Shown: one piece after another, positions 52,141-64,000 of the stretch
Layout of the letters: each line of letters opens with the position of its first letter
How positions within the stretch are numbered: the stretch's first letter is position 1
Origin: Botryllus schlosseri
Lineage: Eukaryota
Direction of reading: 5' to 3'
DNA: 64,000 nucleotides
Assembly (NCBI GenBank): GCA_051294905.1
Contig: CM119371.1
Span: forward strand, 9,674,001 to 9,738,000
Position numbers and translations under genes: made by a program
Notes under the pieces: model-generated
Database searches by the model: none
The model's input: the letters and a program-made list of their open reading frames with translations, nothing else
Told to the model about the DNA's origin: nothing

Positions 52141-53764
52141 CAATGTTCCCTTTAAGCTGCGCCCGTGCACAAATGCGCAGTGCTCAAACGGTCTCTGCGC
52201 ACAGAAAATCTAAGCTGCACACAAAAAATTTGAAGTGATGACTTTTTTTTTTGTCGTTGCGCACTGTTCTCCAAGGTACCGCACAAACGCGCAGACTCGT
52301 GAAAAATTAGAGGGAGCATTGCCAAGGGCAGATAGTGTTCTCGGTGAAGTCTGAAACCGAGGTACAATTGTGCACTGTGAAGAAATGATAATTTGCAATG
52401 ACGTGGGCTTCACGAAACAGATTTTTCTTCTAGTATGGTCTCGTACGCGTCAGCGATACTCATATCATATCAATAGCGCAGTCTTTTCTAGGAATGGCGA
52501 AATAACATGGTTTAACAAAGTTATAAATAACAATGGACTAACTCGAAGTTAATCTGCGAGACACTAACGAATAGTATCCTCCGCGTGGCATGAACATTAC
52601 ATAAGATTTACTGTGCAATTACATGCCGTGAATTTTCGAAGTCATCACTTACATCAGCAAATCTGATTACGTGTGATGAGACAGGATAATATTCAGAATA
52701 TGCAAGTACAAGCACCAATATTGCTGAAAAAATCTATCCCCCTGCAAACGCTGATCGAGATCATCAACTGCGCACTGTGGGGCGTTGAATTTAATCAGCT
52801 TCTCAGCAGCACAAATTTTGATGTTATTCGATTCGTTGAAACGTGAATGTTCTGTCGATAAGGTCATACCCTAATATTGTTCTTGCTTCAGTCAGACTTG
52901 ATCATTTGTATCATTATAAATTACTGGATGTCTTGATAGTAATGAGTGCATTGCCGGTATTAATAAGACGTCACATCAGTGTTATAACGCGGTAGGCCTA
53001 TATCGATCGCATGTATGGATTTGGAGTGCGTTCTCGTACCAGTCGTGTGTGTATGTCTACTTAATCTATATGTCACCATGTACGTACACGGATTTATCGT
53101 GACGTCGCATATGGTCGCACAAAATAACGATTTTTGTCATTTATAGTACTTGCGGTTACAAGCGTCCATTTGTGTCGCTACAGGTGCTTTGGCTATAGCT
53201 GCTTGCCTGTGTGGCCAACGTTGAGTGAATACTCGCTAATTCTCCTTGTAACAGTTTATACTGATCGCTTTTAATGATGACAAGACGAATGGGTAGTTTC
53301 TCATGATCATCCCTTAACCGAGCCAAATAACAAAGAAGTGCGAGCCGTTTGACATGGAAAGGTTGTCTAAGCATGTGAAAACGGAAGACATAAGTAGGTA
53401 CGCCCGAAGACCTTTGATTACTATTTAAGGGGTCCTATACCTTTTCCAATACACCTGACTCGATCAGCTCAACCGGTAAATCTGTTCACGTGAGCAGAGA
53501 GAGTATAAAAATTGATAGCAATATACCGACTCAATCATGCCTTACATTAATTTTTCGCGCTTCGCTCGTTCAGGCATCACATCCACCCAATACATATGAT
53601 AAGAAGCGGAAAAAGCGCACACCCTGAGGAGGGTCTGGGGGGAGAAGCCCCCCAGATGTTTGATATATCACCCTATGGAGGGCCTGCTTGCGCACTGTTG
53701 TCGAAGAGCCTGCACAGTGAGTGGGCGTGTTTGCGCAGACTCGTGAAAATTAGAGGGAACATTG
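52141..53764. mobile_element. hAT element
   Basis: TIR caatgttccct / agggaacattg; perfect TSD cttatagt; an extra internal right-end copy ends at 52321. Confidence 0.88.
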
Positions 53765-55908
53765 CTTATAGTTAGCATAGTGAGTTGGTTCAGTTCGGCG
53801 GTTCAGTGCACTTCTGAAGCCGTGACTTAATACCTACTCCGTGAAAAGACAAATGGTACCTAAATCGAAGACTCTACAATCTACATATACAGTTCAACCT
53901 TTCAGCCAGGACCAAAGTCGTATCACGGCCAAGACAAATGGAGCATACAAATAATATAATTGATATCGCCGCGACCCCCAGCCCCAGGTCACTGTGTATA
54001 ACTGTATCCAATCGCGTAGTCATTGTATATTTGCCAATGGTATTGTCATCCAATGAATATGTTTCTAGAAAGTATCTGTGGTTCGTAATATTGTATATTA
54101 TGCATACGCTTTAAACTGAATTATCTCACGAAAAAACAAGATATGGTTTTGCCATAATTTGGCTGGTCCGACAAGGAAGCGACCATAAGCCGGTAATCCG
54201 GTACCAAAAGCAATTTGAATATGACACCCAAGAATTAGGACGAAACATTTGGACGAGAGGAACGGAAAAATGAAACTGAGTGGCCAACATCATCCAAATC
54301 ATCCTCTGACATTAGTTGAGGGTTTACACAAGATAAGATCTTTAAACCTTAATTTATTCACGAAAGACTCTTCGACGAAAGTAAGCAATACGGCCATTCA
54401 ACCAACGGGCAGACTGGCACGTACTGCTATGTCAACAATGAACATGTTAGTATGTATTTGAAATTTATTTGCCGCTGAAGCCATTTCCTGCGCGAACTTC
54501 GAGACCCCTAAGTCACATATAGTTTTGTTTTAGCAAAACTGAATATATGTCACTCAATAACATCAAACTTAAATGGTAAAAGACATCAGCAATACTGTGA
54601 AAAATCACGGTAAGATTCATGATTGGGGCTGCAAATTCCATGAAATTAGGATTTGCAAATACATAAAACCTAAAATGTTAGTGGATTGAGATGGCGACCT
54701 GTTTCTTATCACATCAGCCATCTTCACTCGCATGGTATCTAGGCTACTCCTCGCCATCTGTACATGTAAGCGGTGTCTTACAAAAGCCTTGAAGTGGACC
54801 GCGGTAGATATAGGATCGTAACATATAATATCGACCTGTAGTAAATGAGCATTGCAGTTGAAAATACCATAAAGGCCACAAACAACTACAATGCAGGCTA
54901 TTTAAGTAGCTATCACATGCCACAATTTGAGGTAGCTGTATGGACGCAAAATACATAACAGCTGCATCAGAAAGGGAATGTATTTGCTCCACAATACGTA
55001 TTGGTCGCCACGTTAGTTTCCGAAATTGATAGCGCGTTTCACTTTGCTGCGATTGTCCGATTGTTAGGGAACAGTGAGTCAGTCAGCTTCGACTGCGCCA
55101 CACCTGGCTATCGTTATTCTGTTCTACCATTTCACGTAATAAGGTCGAATTTCACATTCCTTGTCGAATTCGAGGGGTTCCAGTGCCGGAATATTGGTAA
55201 TATTCGGACTATAGGAAACGGTGCAAAAATAGCATTTGATTGATACCAGGTAATACGAATTCTGAGCTGTTTAACATAATTGCATTGTCGCAGGCGAGGC
55301 ACGCTGTGCCTCACCTACCCTTCGCGCTATAGTTTGATTAAACATGAAAATTGGTGATGTTGGATGAAAAATTATTGAAATTTAGTTATTCGTTATAATC
55401 GACAATACATATCGATATTTATTGAAAGTGTCACAATTTTCATTCACTCATTCTTACGACAGGTGAGGCTCTGCCTCACATGCCTCCCCTGACTGCACGT
55501 CTCTGCCTGCCGCGAGTATGTTGTCGCATTGCACACTTGCAGGCATGCCAGAGTTGCTGACTTTAGATTAAGAACTATAAAGTCTCGACTAATTCTTAAT
55601 CTTTCTCATGTCTCCAGATTTATATGCTATGCTATCGATAGTAGTGGCTTGAAGCGAAGTATAGAACAGACAGAAAAGTGGAGTCCGCTGCTGTGAATTA
55701 GCACCCAAGTTGTAATTTGGACAGTATATTTTCTGGTATACGACATTTATAGTGGCCAGGGTTACCATTACGTCCTCCTTCTGGCGAATTTGTGCTCTAT
55801 TTTGAAGGAATGTCCTCCCTTCGCATAAATGTACTCCTTTTTGTAAATTTGTCCTCTTTAGTTTCATGTATAAAAATAGGCATTTCGTTGCCGCTGATAT
55901 ATCTATGT

Positions 55909-56366
55909 TAGGGTTACCATACGTCCTCTTTTAAAAGGATTTGTCCTCTTTTTTTGACTTTTTTGAAAGTGTCCTCGGAGGACGCCATTTTGTCCTCTTT
56001 TTTGAGATTTTGTCCTCTTTTTTGAAAATTTAGGTCAGATTTAGAGCAAATTGCGACTGATATGGTGTAAATTAGCACAGAAGTGACGCTCCGGCGGGTA
56101 TTTCTGAGTGAAAAACGGTGAATTTAGCTCTGAGCGAAAAGATGACCTTTTTCTTTTTTTTTTAAATTATTCTAGTCATCCACCTAGCAATGCGGAAAGA
56201 AAAAACAGGTATTCTGAGCTCTGAGCGGAATAATGACCTTTTTTTAGTCAGCCGGTCACAAAGTGGGAAAAATTCACTGATTTTTGAGGATTCTACTCCA
56301 GTTTTGCAAGTCTCAAATTTCTGAAAAAGTGTCCTCTTTTTAGATTTCCAAAATATGGTAAGCCTA
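55909..56366. mobile_element. hAT MITE (TAGGGTTACCAT ends, GTCCTC repeats)
   Basis: Ends tagggttaccata / tatggtaagccta; perfect TSD atctatgt; related fragments near 55757, 34960-35110 and 56398. Confidence 0.9.
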
Positions 56367-57379
56367 ATCTATGTCCAGTTTTCAGTTGTTCATATACTAG
56401 GGTTGCCATACGTCCGGAATTTCCCGGACATGTCCGGAATTTCACTGTTCAAGCTAGCGTCCGGGAGGAATTTCTAAAATATGCCAAATGTCCGGAATTT
56501 TGAAGACTTAACGTGGGCTCATAATTTTTTCGTAAATCAACATAAAAACAATATTTTTTGGGAATATTTATGCTGATGCATCATATTTTTTTATCGTGCT
56601 GCGCGCGATTTACTATCACATTTATTGATTTTAATATGGAGACTACCACCCTCGCAAAAACTGCAATAAAATATAAATAAAAACAACCTTCATTTATCGG
56701 AATAAGCCTAATTGTAAACGCAATTATAGGAGAACGGTATATTCCTAGAGATCGTCAAGGCGGTTTAAAGGCTTCATTCAAAGATAGTGGTTCCAAATGG
56801 GGGGGGGGGTGGGAGGGGGGACTTATGATTTGATATTTTACACCTTGTAGCCTACTTTATAGTCCTACTGTTGTTGACAGGCCATTGTCGGCTCATTGTG
56901 AATCATAAGCGTTCAACTGATACAATTAGGTTGTCATGTTGTAATGCTCAACGTAACGCAATATCCTAACTGTAGCAAGAATGCGTGGGCATTGGTTCGT
57001 ATATCATGGATCGCATGATAGAAATTCGTGATGTAGACAGCATTGTCAGAATGAAGCAACAGGGTGTGTCTCATCTTCAATTGTTAAAAATTACCTATTC
57101 TCGAATGTAGAATGAATGACACATCTTGGTTAAACTTGAAATTTAATATGCATTTAAATATATTATTATTCATCCCATTTTACGACTATTCCATACTGTG
57201 CGAGAGCAAAGGAAAGTAAGATGACTGAGATGGTAATTTCACTCTAGATCTGCGTGCTATATCTCACAACCTTACATCGACTCATAGTTCATACGACAAA
57301 ACGTCAAAGATAAAATATCAATATAGTGGAACGAATATCTTCAAGTGAATGGCCGTATGTAGTTGGACGTGTGGTGGCG

Positions 57380-58140
57380 AGTAATTCGCAGTCACTGCTT
57401 CTGTAAGATTTGTTAGCAGAGGGGTTTGAATATGTGACTCTCAGAAAATTCCAAAGTGATCCGATTGAAAGAAGGTTCCCGCGGTATAGGCAAATGAGTG
57501 GCGGGAGATTTCTGGTGGGTTTAACGGAAGTTACCAATTCTGAAAAGATAATTTTGCTCCGACCCATCCTAAAAATTGAGGTAAACTACTGGGAGCATGA
57601 TATTGGTGTTTCAAGTTCAACTCATCTTGATCATTTCAAACAAGTCATTGAAGATGTGGCGATTGAAATTACCGAATCAGTTGTATCTCCTGACAGCGAG
57701 GACGTGTTTTATGTTGTGGCTGGGTACACAGGTAAGAAGTTCCTCGAAAAATTGTCTTGTCAAATATGTCATGAGTCCTTTTTTGATGCGTCATGTGGCG
57801 CAAGTTCACGGTATTTCGACTTACTCGATCGCGGGGGACTGCTTGCTCCCTCAGAACCACTCGCCAAGTTTGTTGCATCCTGTTTTCAATCCTAGATGGT
57901 TCTGATAAAATCATCTGTTCTTACCTCCAAGTTGCAGTGAGGGAAGCTGGTCAATATGTTTTGCATCGTTTTGAAGGACCTCAAGTTTTTCATGTTGGGA
58001 TCATTGAGATCGAGCTTTAAAATTGGCGGGCAAAATCATTGTTAACATATATAATATAATAACAAGGAGAAGCTGGTAAATGCCTCTGTGAGAATACTGT
58101 CGTGAAGGACTTTCAAAAGCGGCAGTTAAGCAAGACGTAA
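57380..58140 (+). pseudogene. P-element/THAP9-like transposase C-terminal remnant
   Basis: GFEYVTLRKFQSDPIERRF..YRQMSGG, YVVAGY..KK, C..C, LDRGGLLAPS are typical of P-type transposases; frameshifted after about 57890. Confidence 0.82.
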
Positions 58141-59472
58141 TTTGCTTACTGCAGTAATTCATTTCACTTGCAGAACTTTTATGGCTAAGCTTTACGTAAG
58201 TGATTCAGAATAGTTCCAAATGAATGAATTTCATTTTCACGTGCTTGAATTCGTTTTACCATGCTGTAAAATACTTTTACGCGGCCAAGTTGGGGATTCT
58301 CGTTGCATTGTCTTCTTGTGTGTTAGTGGAAAAATACATTACGACGCTGTCACTTGGCTCTTAATTGGGTTGTTTCATCTGAAAGTACTAATTTTGCCTG
58401 TTATAAGACTTTATTAGACTTGTATGGCGAGGCGTCTATCGAGAAGTGAGATCGCAAGCAATCATTGAGTCAGTCGTGATGTCTGTTTGGGAGTGTCGGC
58501 CTCTTACATCCTACAAGTGTAATGTGCCATATTAGGCCGTAAGTATCGTAGGCTCCGGGTCAACGCTACAGAAAGTAGACGCAGAAATCGGTTTTCCGAG
58601 TACCTACCGCCTCGGAAAAATGACTTTTTTCGTAAATTCACCAGCGATCAGAGCGAGATGAAAAAATTTCCTCATCATATGTCCTCTTTTTCTGGTCATC
58701 AATTATGGGTAAGTAAGTAAGACGAGTTTGATAAGGGGGCGATGAGTCGAAAAAAGTTGGGAACCACTGGTATAAGACGTTCTATATTTTTCTCCTTGAC
58801 GTTTTTGCGACGTTCATTCATGATATCCTCACGCTGCATGATGTGCATTTTGCTGCTAGACAAGGAAGGTACAGATATAGCTATTCAAAGCTTTCTAAGT
58901 ATTGCAACACCAGTCCATTTTATCCCGGAAATGCTGATTGTCAAGCGGGGAAACCCGGATACAAGTTTTACAGATAACGTCTTCGGTCTTACCCGGTCGG
59001 GGCCAATATAAATCTTATGCCGGAGTATAGATCTTTTACAAAATATATGTCGTCATATAAGACCGTAGACTCCCATCATACCTACAGAGCTTGGTATGAA
59101 ATAATGTCACTGGGTATGGTGAGATTCGGCATAAGGAGAGAGGCTGAATATATGCAAATATGAGAATAAAGCGTAGTATAAAAATATTCAGAATAACAAA
59201 GCTGCACTTCTACATATGTGATGACAATAGCTGAATACGGATCCGTCAGACAACTTGATAGTTGGAATGCATGGTAAATACAAATATTACCACACCTACC
59301 TGACGCCAGGTTAACGGGCATTTGCATAACCATTTGCATAATTCACATTGAAACTGAGATCTCATTTCGGAAGGTATTTTTTCGTTCAATTAATTGATTA
59401 GTTGCTTCATCGTCGATTGTCACTGTTACCGGGACGGTTTCGGAATCCGACTGAGCTGCAGTGTGAGCAAAT

Positions 59473-60426
59473 CAGTGTTGGGATGACTCGAGTCATGACT
59501 TGACTCGAGTCAGACTCGAGTCACTTTTTCGTATGACTTGACTTGACTCGAGTCACTTTGCAAAAATGACTTGACTTGACTTGACTCGGCGCTTCAAACA
59601 TGCGGATTGACTCGTGACTCGGAGCAAAATTTACTAGTCAATTTCAAGTCATCAAGTAAACGGTATCAATCAAATCGGTGTATTTTGGGCATATGTTTGT
59701 ACTGTTCGCGATACGCCTATGTGCCATTTGTGCGACTAACCAGGCATTCACTGAATGTACGTTTGAATGATCCTCCATTATTGCATCACAAATATATTGA
59801 CCACAACGAAATGATCACAGGTTACATTGTAGTCGTAGTAGTAGTAGTCGTAATAGTAGTAGTCGTAGTAGTAGTAGTAGTAGAAGAAGAATACAACAGC
59901 AATTAACGTATCTATGTTTCTTGGACGGCTCACTGCTAACATTGCGCAGTGATCACCTTTACAAACCCTCTTGTATGATTTAAATCCATATCAATTTGTT
60001 ACAACTTCTCGAGGCTTCGTGTTCGATCCTAATGACTGATATATTAACAGACTGTAGCATAGCTATACAGTTAGTCGCGTATCTTATTTGCGGTTCTACG
60101 TGTGCGTGATAGACACCTTCTTGCATGCATATTAAACTTTACAAGATTTGATGCAAGATTAATGGCAAATTATACTGTCTTTCACTCAGCTAGCAAAATG
60201 TAATTACTTTGAATCGTCACTGATACTTTGAAAATTCAATTTGACTTGAATTATGACTTGAATCGTGACTCGACTTGACTTGACTCGAGTCACATCCAAA
60301 AAACGAGTGACTTGACTTGACTCGAGTCACTTTCGAAAATCGATTGACTTGACTTGACTCGAGTCAAAATGTGCAATGACTCGAGATGACTCGTGACTCG
60401 AAGGTACTGACTTGATCCCAACACTG
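59473..60426. mobile_element. hAT MITE with GACTTGACTCGAGTC arrays
   Basis: TIR cagtgttgggat / atcccaacactg; TSD gagcaaat/gagcaaac. Confidence 0.9.
59829..59883. repeat. (GTA)n microsatellite
   Basis: gtagtcgtagtagtagtag... about 18 trinucleotide units. Confidence 0.95.
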
Positions 60427-60943
60427 GAGCAAACACGGCTGATTAACATAATTCAATTGTTGTTGGTCTGCTTGGACAAGAACTAGATAAAATTAGTTAC
60501 ACACAGGGTTGTAACCTAGTCGCAAGGCTCCGAGTCACAAGTCAATCTCACTTTTATAGTTTTGACTCAAGTCAAGTTGAGTCATTTTGAATTCGATACC
60601 GAGTCAAGTCCGAGTCCAAGTAAGCGAGCAGAGGGTCGAGTCTGAGTCACTGTAATATGACTCGAGTCCGAGTCCAAGTCATTGTGTTGACTGCTCATTT
60701 TCAAGTTAAATTGAGTCGGTAAAATGCACAGCATTGCTAGTGTGACGTCATATTGATAGATAATATGTTTCATACCTTCATACCGCTAGCATGCGCTAAA
60801 GAGTGTTCGGAATTTTGGTCACAAAAATATGGTAACTCCTTACTATGTGTTTCATGTGCCACGACGTGGAAAATAGTATTGAAACCATAATTCACAATAT
60901 GTTTTCTAGCTATGTCTTTTCAACTAAAGTGCATAGTTTATAG

Positions 60944-61501
60944 CAGGGGTGGGCAACATACGGCCCACGGGCTGGATCTGGCCCGCGACGGTATTTAGAG
61001 CGGCCCGCAGAGAGTTTCTACCCTGAAAGTGAAGTCCTAATCTGAAAGTAATGAGAAATTATATGCGTCACAGAATGAATCCAAGTTTGCCAACCTGAGA
61101 GCGATGGTCATGAAGCATGTATTTCCGACTAATACCAATCGAACATTAAAAAGACAAGGCTGCGCTCCAGTATAACTGATTCTCACGCACAGTCTTTACT
61201 AAGGGTCTCTACATCTGGCATGAAGCGAGTTGAAAAAAACGTGGTGAGTGGTGACACTTCGATTGCCCACTGATGTTTGATGGACTTCAACAGCTATTGA
61301 AGGATAGTCGGTTAATAAATATAATAAATATTGTTTCTGGTCTGTATGTTTTAAACTTGCAGTTTATATTAAATACGATTTATTCCTTTTATAGATTGAT
61401 AAATAGCCTACGCGATTAATGTGGCGATTCTGTAATCCGGCTCGCCAAGTACTTCATTTTTCCATGTCAGGCCCGCCAACCGGAGGAGTTACCCGCCCCT
61501 G
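60944..61501 (+). mobile_element. hAT (Charlie-type) deletion derivative
   Basis: Ends caggggtgggcaac / gttacccgcccctg; degenerate TSD gtttatag/gattttag; remnant KTRLRSSITDSHAQSLLRVS. Confidence 0.75.
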
Positions 61502-62444
61502 GATTTTAGGCTACTACGTGTTTCGTATGCTAAGATGCGACCAATCTAGGTTTACAGCCTTCCACAGCGAAAAAGGTTCCGAAACTATAATTCTCGCTGA
61601 TAAATCAGCTCCTACTGGCAAAGATCGTGCAATTCAAGTGCTCGAAAAATAATTTGCAATTACTTCACTCGGCCGGCCCTAGTACTAACATCCTCCCCTC
61701 TCTTGCCTGTGATAGCTTGAACGAGTTGATGTACACTGAGACTTGCAAATGTATATTGTAGGACGACAAATCGATATACCGTTAACATAGAACCTCGTGG
61801 AACCCAACAGGACATGTTATGTGATTTGATATGTGTATCGATGGATGTGTGATAGGCCTATATGGATGCGTGTTATACGACGGTAATTCAATAATTCGAT
61901 CATATTCATTCAACGGGATTTTGAAACGATTGATCAATAAGTTTACAAGTGGTGGGAACAGAAACAAAGAAAGTTGTCCGTGGGATTTTGATATACGTAT
62001 GTACGAGACAGACTCTGTTGTACGTCAGACAACAAAGCAGTTCACTGCCGCTGGGCACCGGTCCGTCGAATGTAGGATATACGCAGCGAATCTTACAAGT
62101 AACCTTTTGGATTCATCCCATAAAAACATTGCCCTGCGTTATACCCGGTGGTTACAGACAAATTGTACAATTGATGAAAAACACGAACCGGTTGCAATTC
62201 TGGAGGCGTGGATTTTATTCCAGCCTAGCGTACGTTTGATCTTTCGGATAATAAAACCGCAAAATAAACTATTTCCATGATCGACTTGAAGTTGTGACGT
62301 CAAGTTGAAACGTACAATTTACGATTACCTTAACATTATAACACAAATAATGCTATAGCAGTGTCGTGTTATTATAGTAGGATTACAGATACGTTTTCAT
62401 TTGGTTTCGAATCAATTGGGTACTGATATCGCCGGAGATAAGAA

Positions 62445-63029
62445 CAGGGTTGTAACCAACGCACAACGCTACAAGTCGCAAGTCAATCTCACGTTCATAG
62501 TTTTGACTCGAGTGAAGTCGAGTCATTTTCAATTCACCACCGAGTTAGGTCCGAGTCCAAGTCAGCGAGCAAAGCATCGAGTCCGAGTCATGGTATTATG
62601 ACTCGAGTCCGAATCCAAGTCATTGTGTTGACTGCTCAGTTTCCAGTTAAAGTCTTGTTAAACCCACATTTTATAACTCTGTTTTGTGATAGCGAATGGT
62701 TTCCAATTATAATATACTAATTTTCGTCACTTTTGGCATTTCATAGTCGCATTTTCAAGTACCAGTGCCAATAGACGAAATCTCAATAGTGTGGTTACTT
62801 CACTATTCTTCGAAATTACAATGAAATGTCGGTCTTGGCCGTCTGAGTCACATGACTTGGCTCGAGTCATGGGCAATGACTGGAGTCCGAGTCGAGTCAA
62901 TACACAGGTTGACTCAAGTCGAGTCATTTCCGTATTTTGAGGAAATGACTCGAGTCAAGTCGAGTCATCACAAAATCGTGACTCGAGTCGGCCTCGAGTC
63001 GAGTCATGTCTCGAGTAATTACAATCCTG
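62445..63029. mobile_element. GACTCGAGTC-family hAT MITE
   Basis: Ends cagggttgtaa / ttacaatcctg; no clear TSD; partial copy at about 60504-60730. Confidence 0.85.
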
Positions 63030-63372
63030 GGTTAGTTTCACCGTGGTCACAGAATCTAGCACTTTATTGTCAAGACTAGCTCACTATTCCAGCAATCCCA
63101 TAGTAATATCAAGCCCGTCCTGCTCATTATATGGAGAGAATGTCGGCATGGCATTTTGTCGGCAGACGTTTGTGTGGTCGTCACTTTTTTGAATTAGCAA
63201 GTTCAAAATATTATCTGCGGCCCGGTCAAAATCAAAATATGGCAATATATCTTAAGGTTAATCCATTCGCAACAATACATACCGCTGAAGGCCAGACGGA
63301 TAATAGTTGTGCAATTTGAGAAATGAAATCAGCAATGTCCAATCTATTATAACAACGCATACAGTTGTGCAT

Positions 63373-63995
63373 TAGGGTTCTTCAAAAATGAATTTATTTT
63401 TCTCAAATCGTACTGGCTACTTGATAACATTGTTAGGTTACCTAATTTAAGCCTACACACAAAATTTGGTTCAATTCCAGCCAGTAACCGCTTTGCTACA
63501 GGAGAAGAAAGTTTCTATTTATTATATAAAAATAAATGATAAAAAATTTGGAAACGATGCTCACCCAATTTGGTTCAATTCCAACCAGTGGAAGCGGAGT
63601 TCTTGCCGTCGAAAAATTTGGATTTCAATGAAATAGTATTTACTGTGACCGATTCTTTGTTTATTTATTATAGTTGTGCTCACCGTAGTTACTATTTTAT
63701 TAAAATCCAGATTTTTCGACGCCAATAACTCCGCTCCCACTGGTTGGAATCGAACCAAATTTGGTGAGCATCGTTTCCATAGACAGCCTAACAATTTCAT
63801 GGGGTGAACAGAAAATTTTCAAATTTTTTATTGTTCATTTTTACATAATATATAGAAACTTTCTTCTCCTGTAGCAAAGCGGTTACTGGCTGGAATTGAA
63901 CCAAATTTTGTGTGTAGGCCTAAATTAGGTAACCTAACAATGTTATCAAATAGCCAGTACGATTTGAGAAAAGAAGTCATTTTTGAAGAGCCCTA
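63373..63995. mobile_element. Foldback (long inverted repeat) MITE
   Basis: Ends tagggttcttcaaaaatga / tcatttttgaagagcccta with arms complementary over most of the length; left flank ttgtgcat matches right flank ttgtg (window end). Confidence 0.9.
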
Positions 63996-64000
63996 TTGTG

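Noticed and set aside
59607..59906. Poly-valine membrane protein ORF
   Set aside because: Translation of a (GTA)n microsatellite inside a MITE.
59473..60426. GACTCGAGTC arrays as CRISPR or a novel repeat system
   Set aside because: Irregular spacing, confined to the ends of TIR/TSD-bounded elements; explained as hAT subterminal repeats.

Overview
AT-rich eukaryotic (animal) genomic DNA; probably an invertebrate chordate such as a tunicate, which is inferred from gene and transposon content only. Most of the window is transposable elements: many hAT elements/MITEs with 8-bp target-site duplications (TSDs), often nested; a piggyBac-like element; an EnSpm/CACTA element; a Kolobok derivative; P-type and Penelope remnants; an internally deleted Ty3/Gypsy LTR element; and a full-length RNase H-containing LINE. 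One host gene could be assembled by hand on the minus strand: at least 7 phase-consistent GT-AG exons (41449 to 18631). They encode an intelectin-like protein that unusually appears to be a type II membrane protein with a tyrosine-motif cytoplasmic tail, and that leaves the intelectin pattern where the carbohydrate-recognition domain should begin. The Gypsy element carries a 40-nt copy of the tRNA-Leu 3' end (normal primer-binding site: 18 nt) fused directly to an internal pol breakpoint. All family assignments come from motif recognition by eye; no database searches were run.
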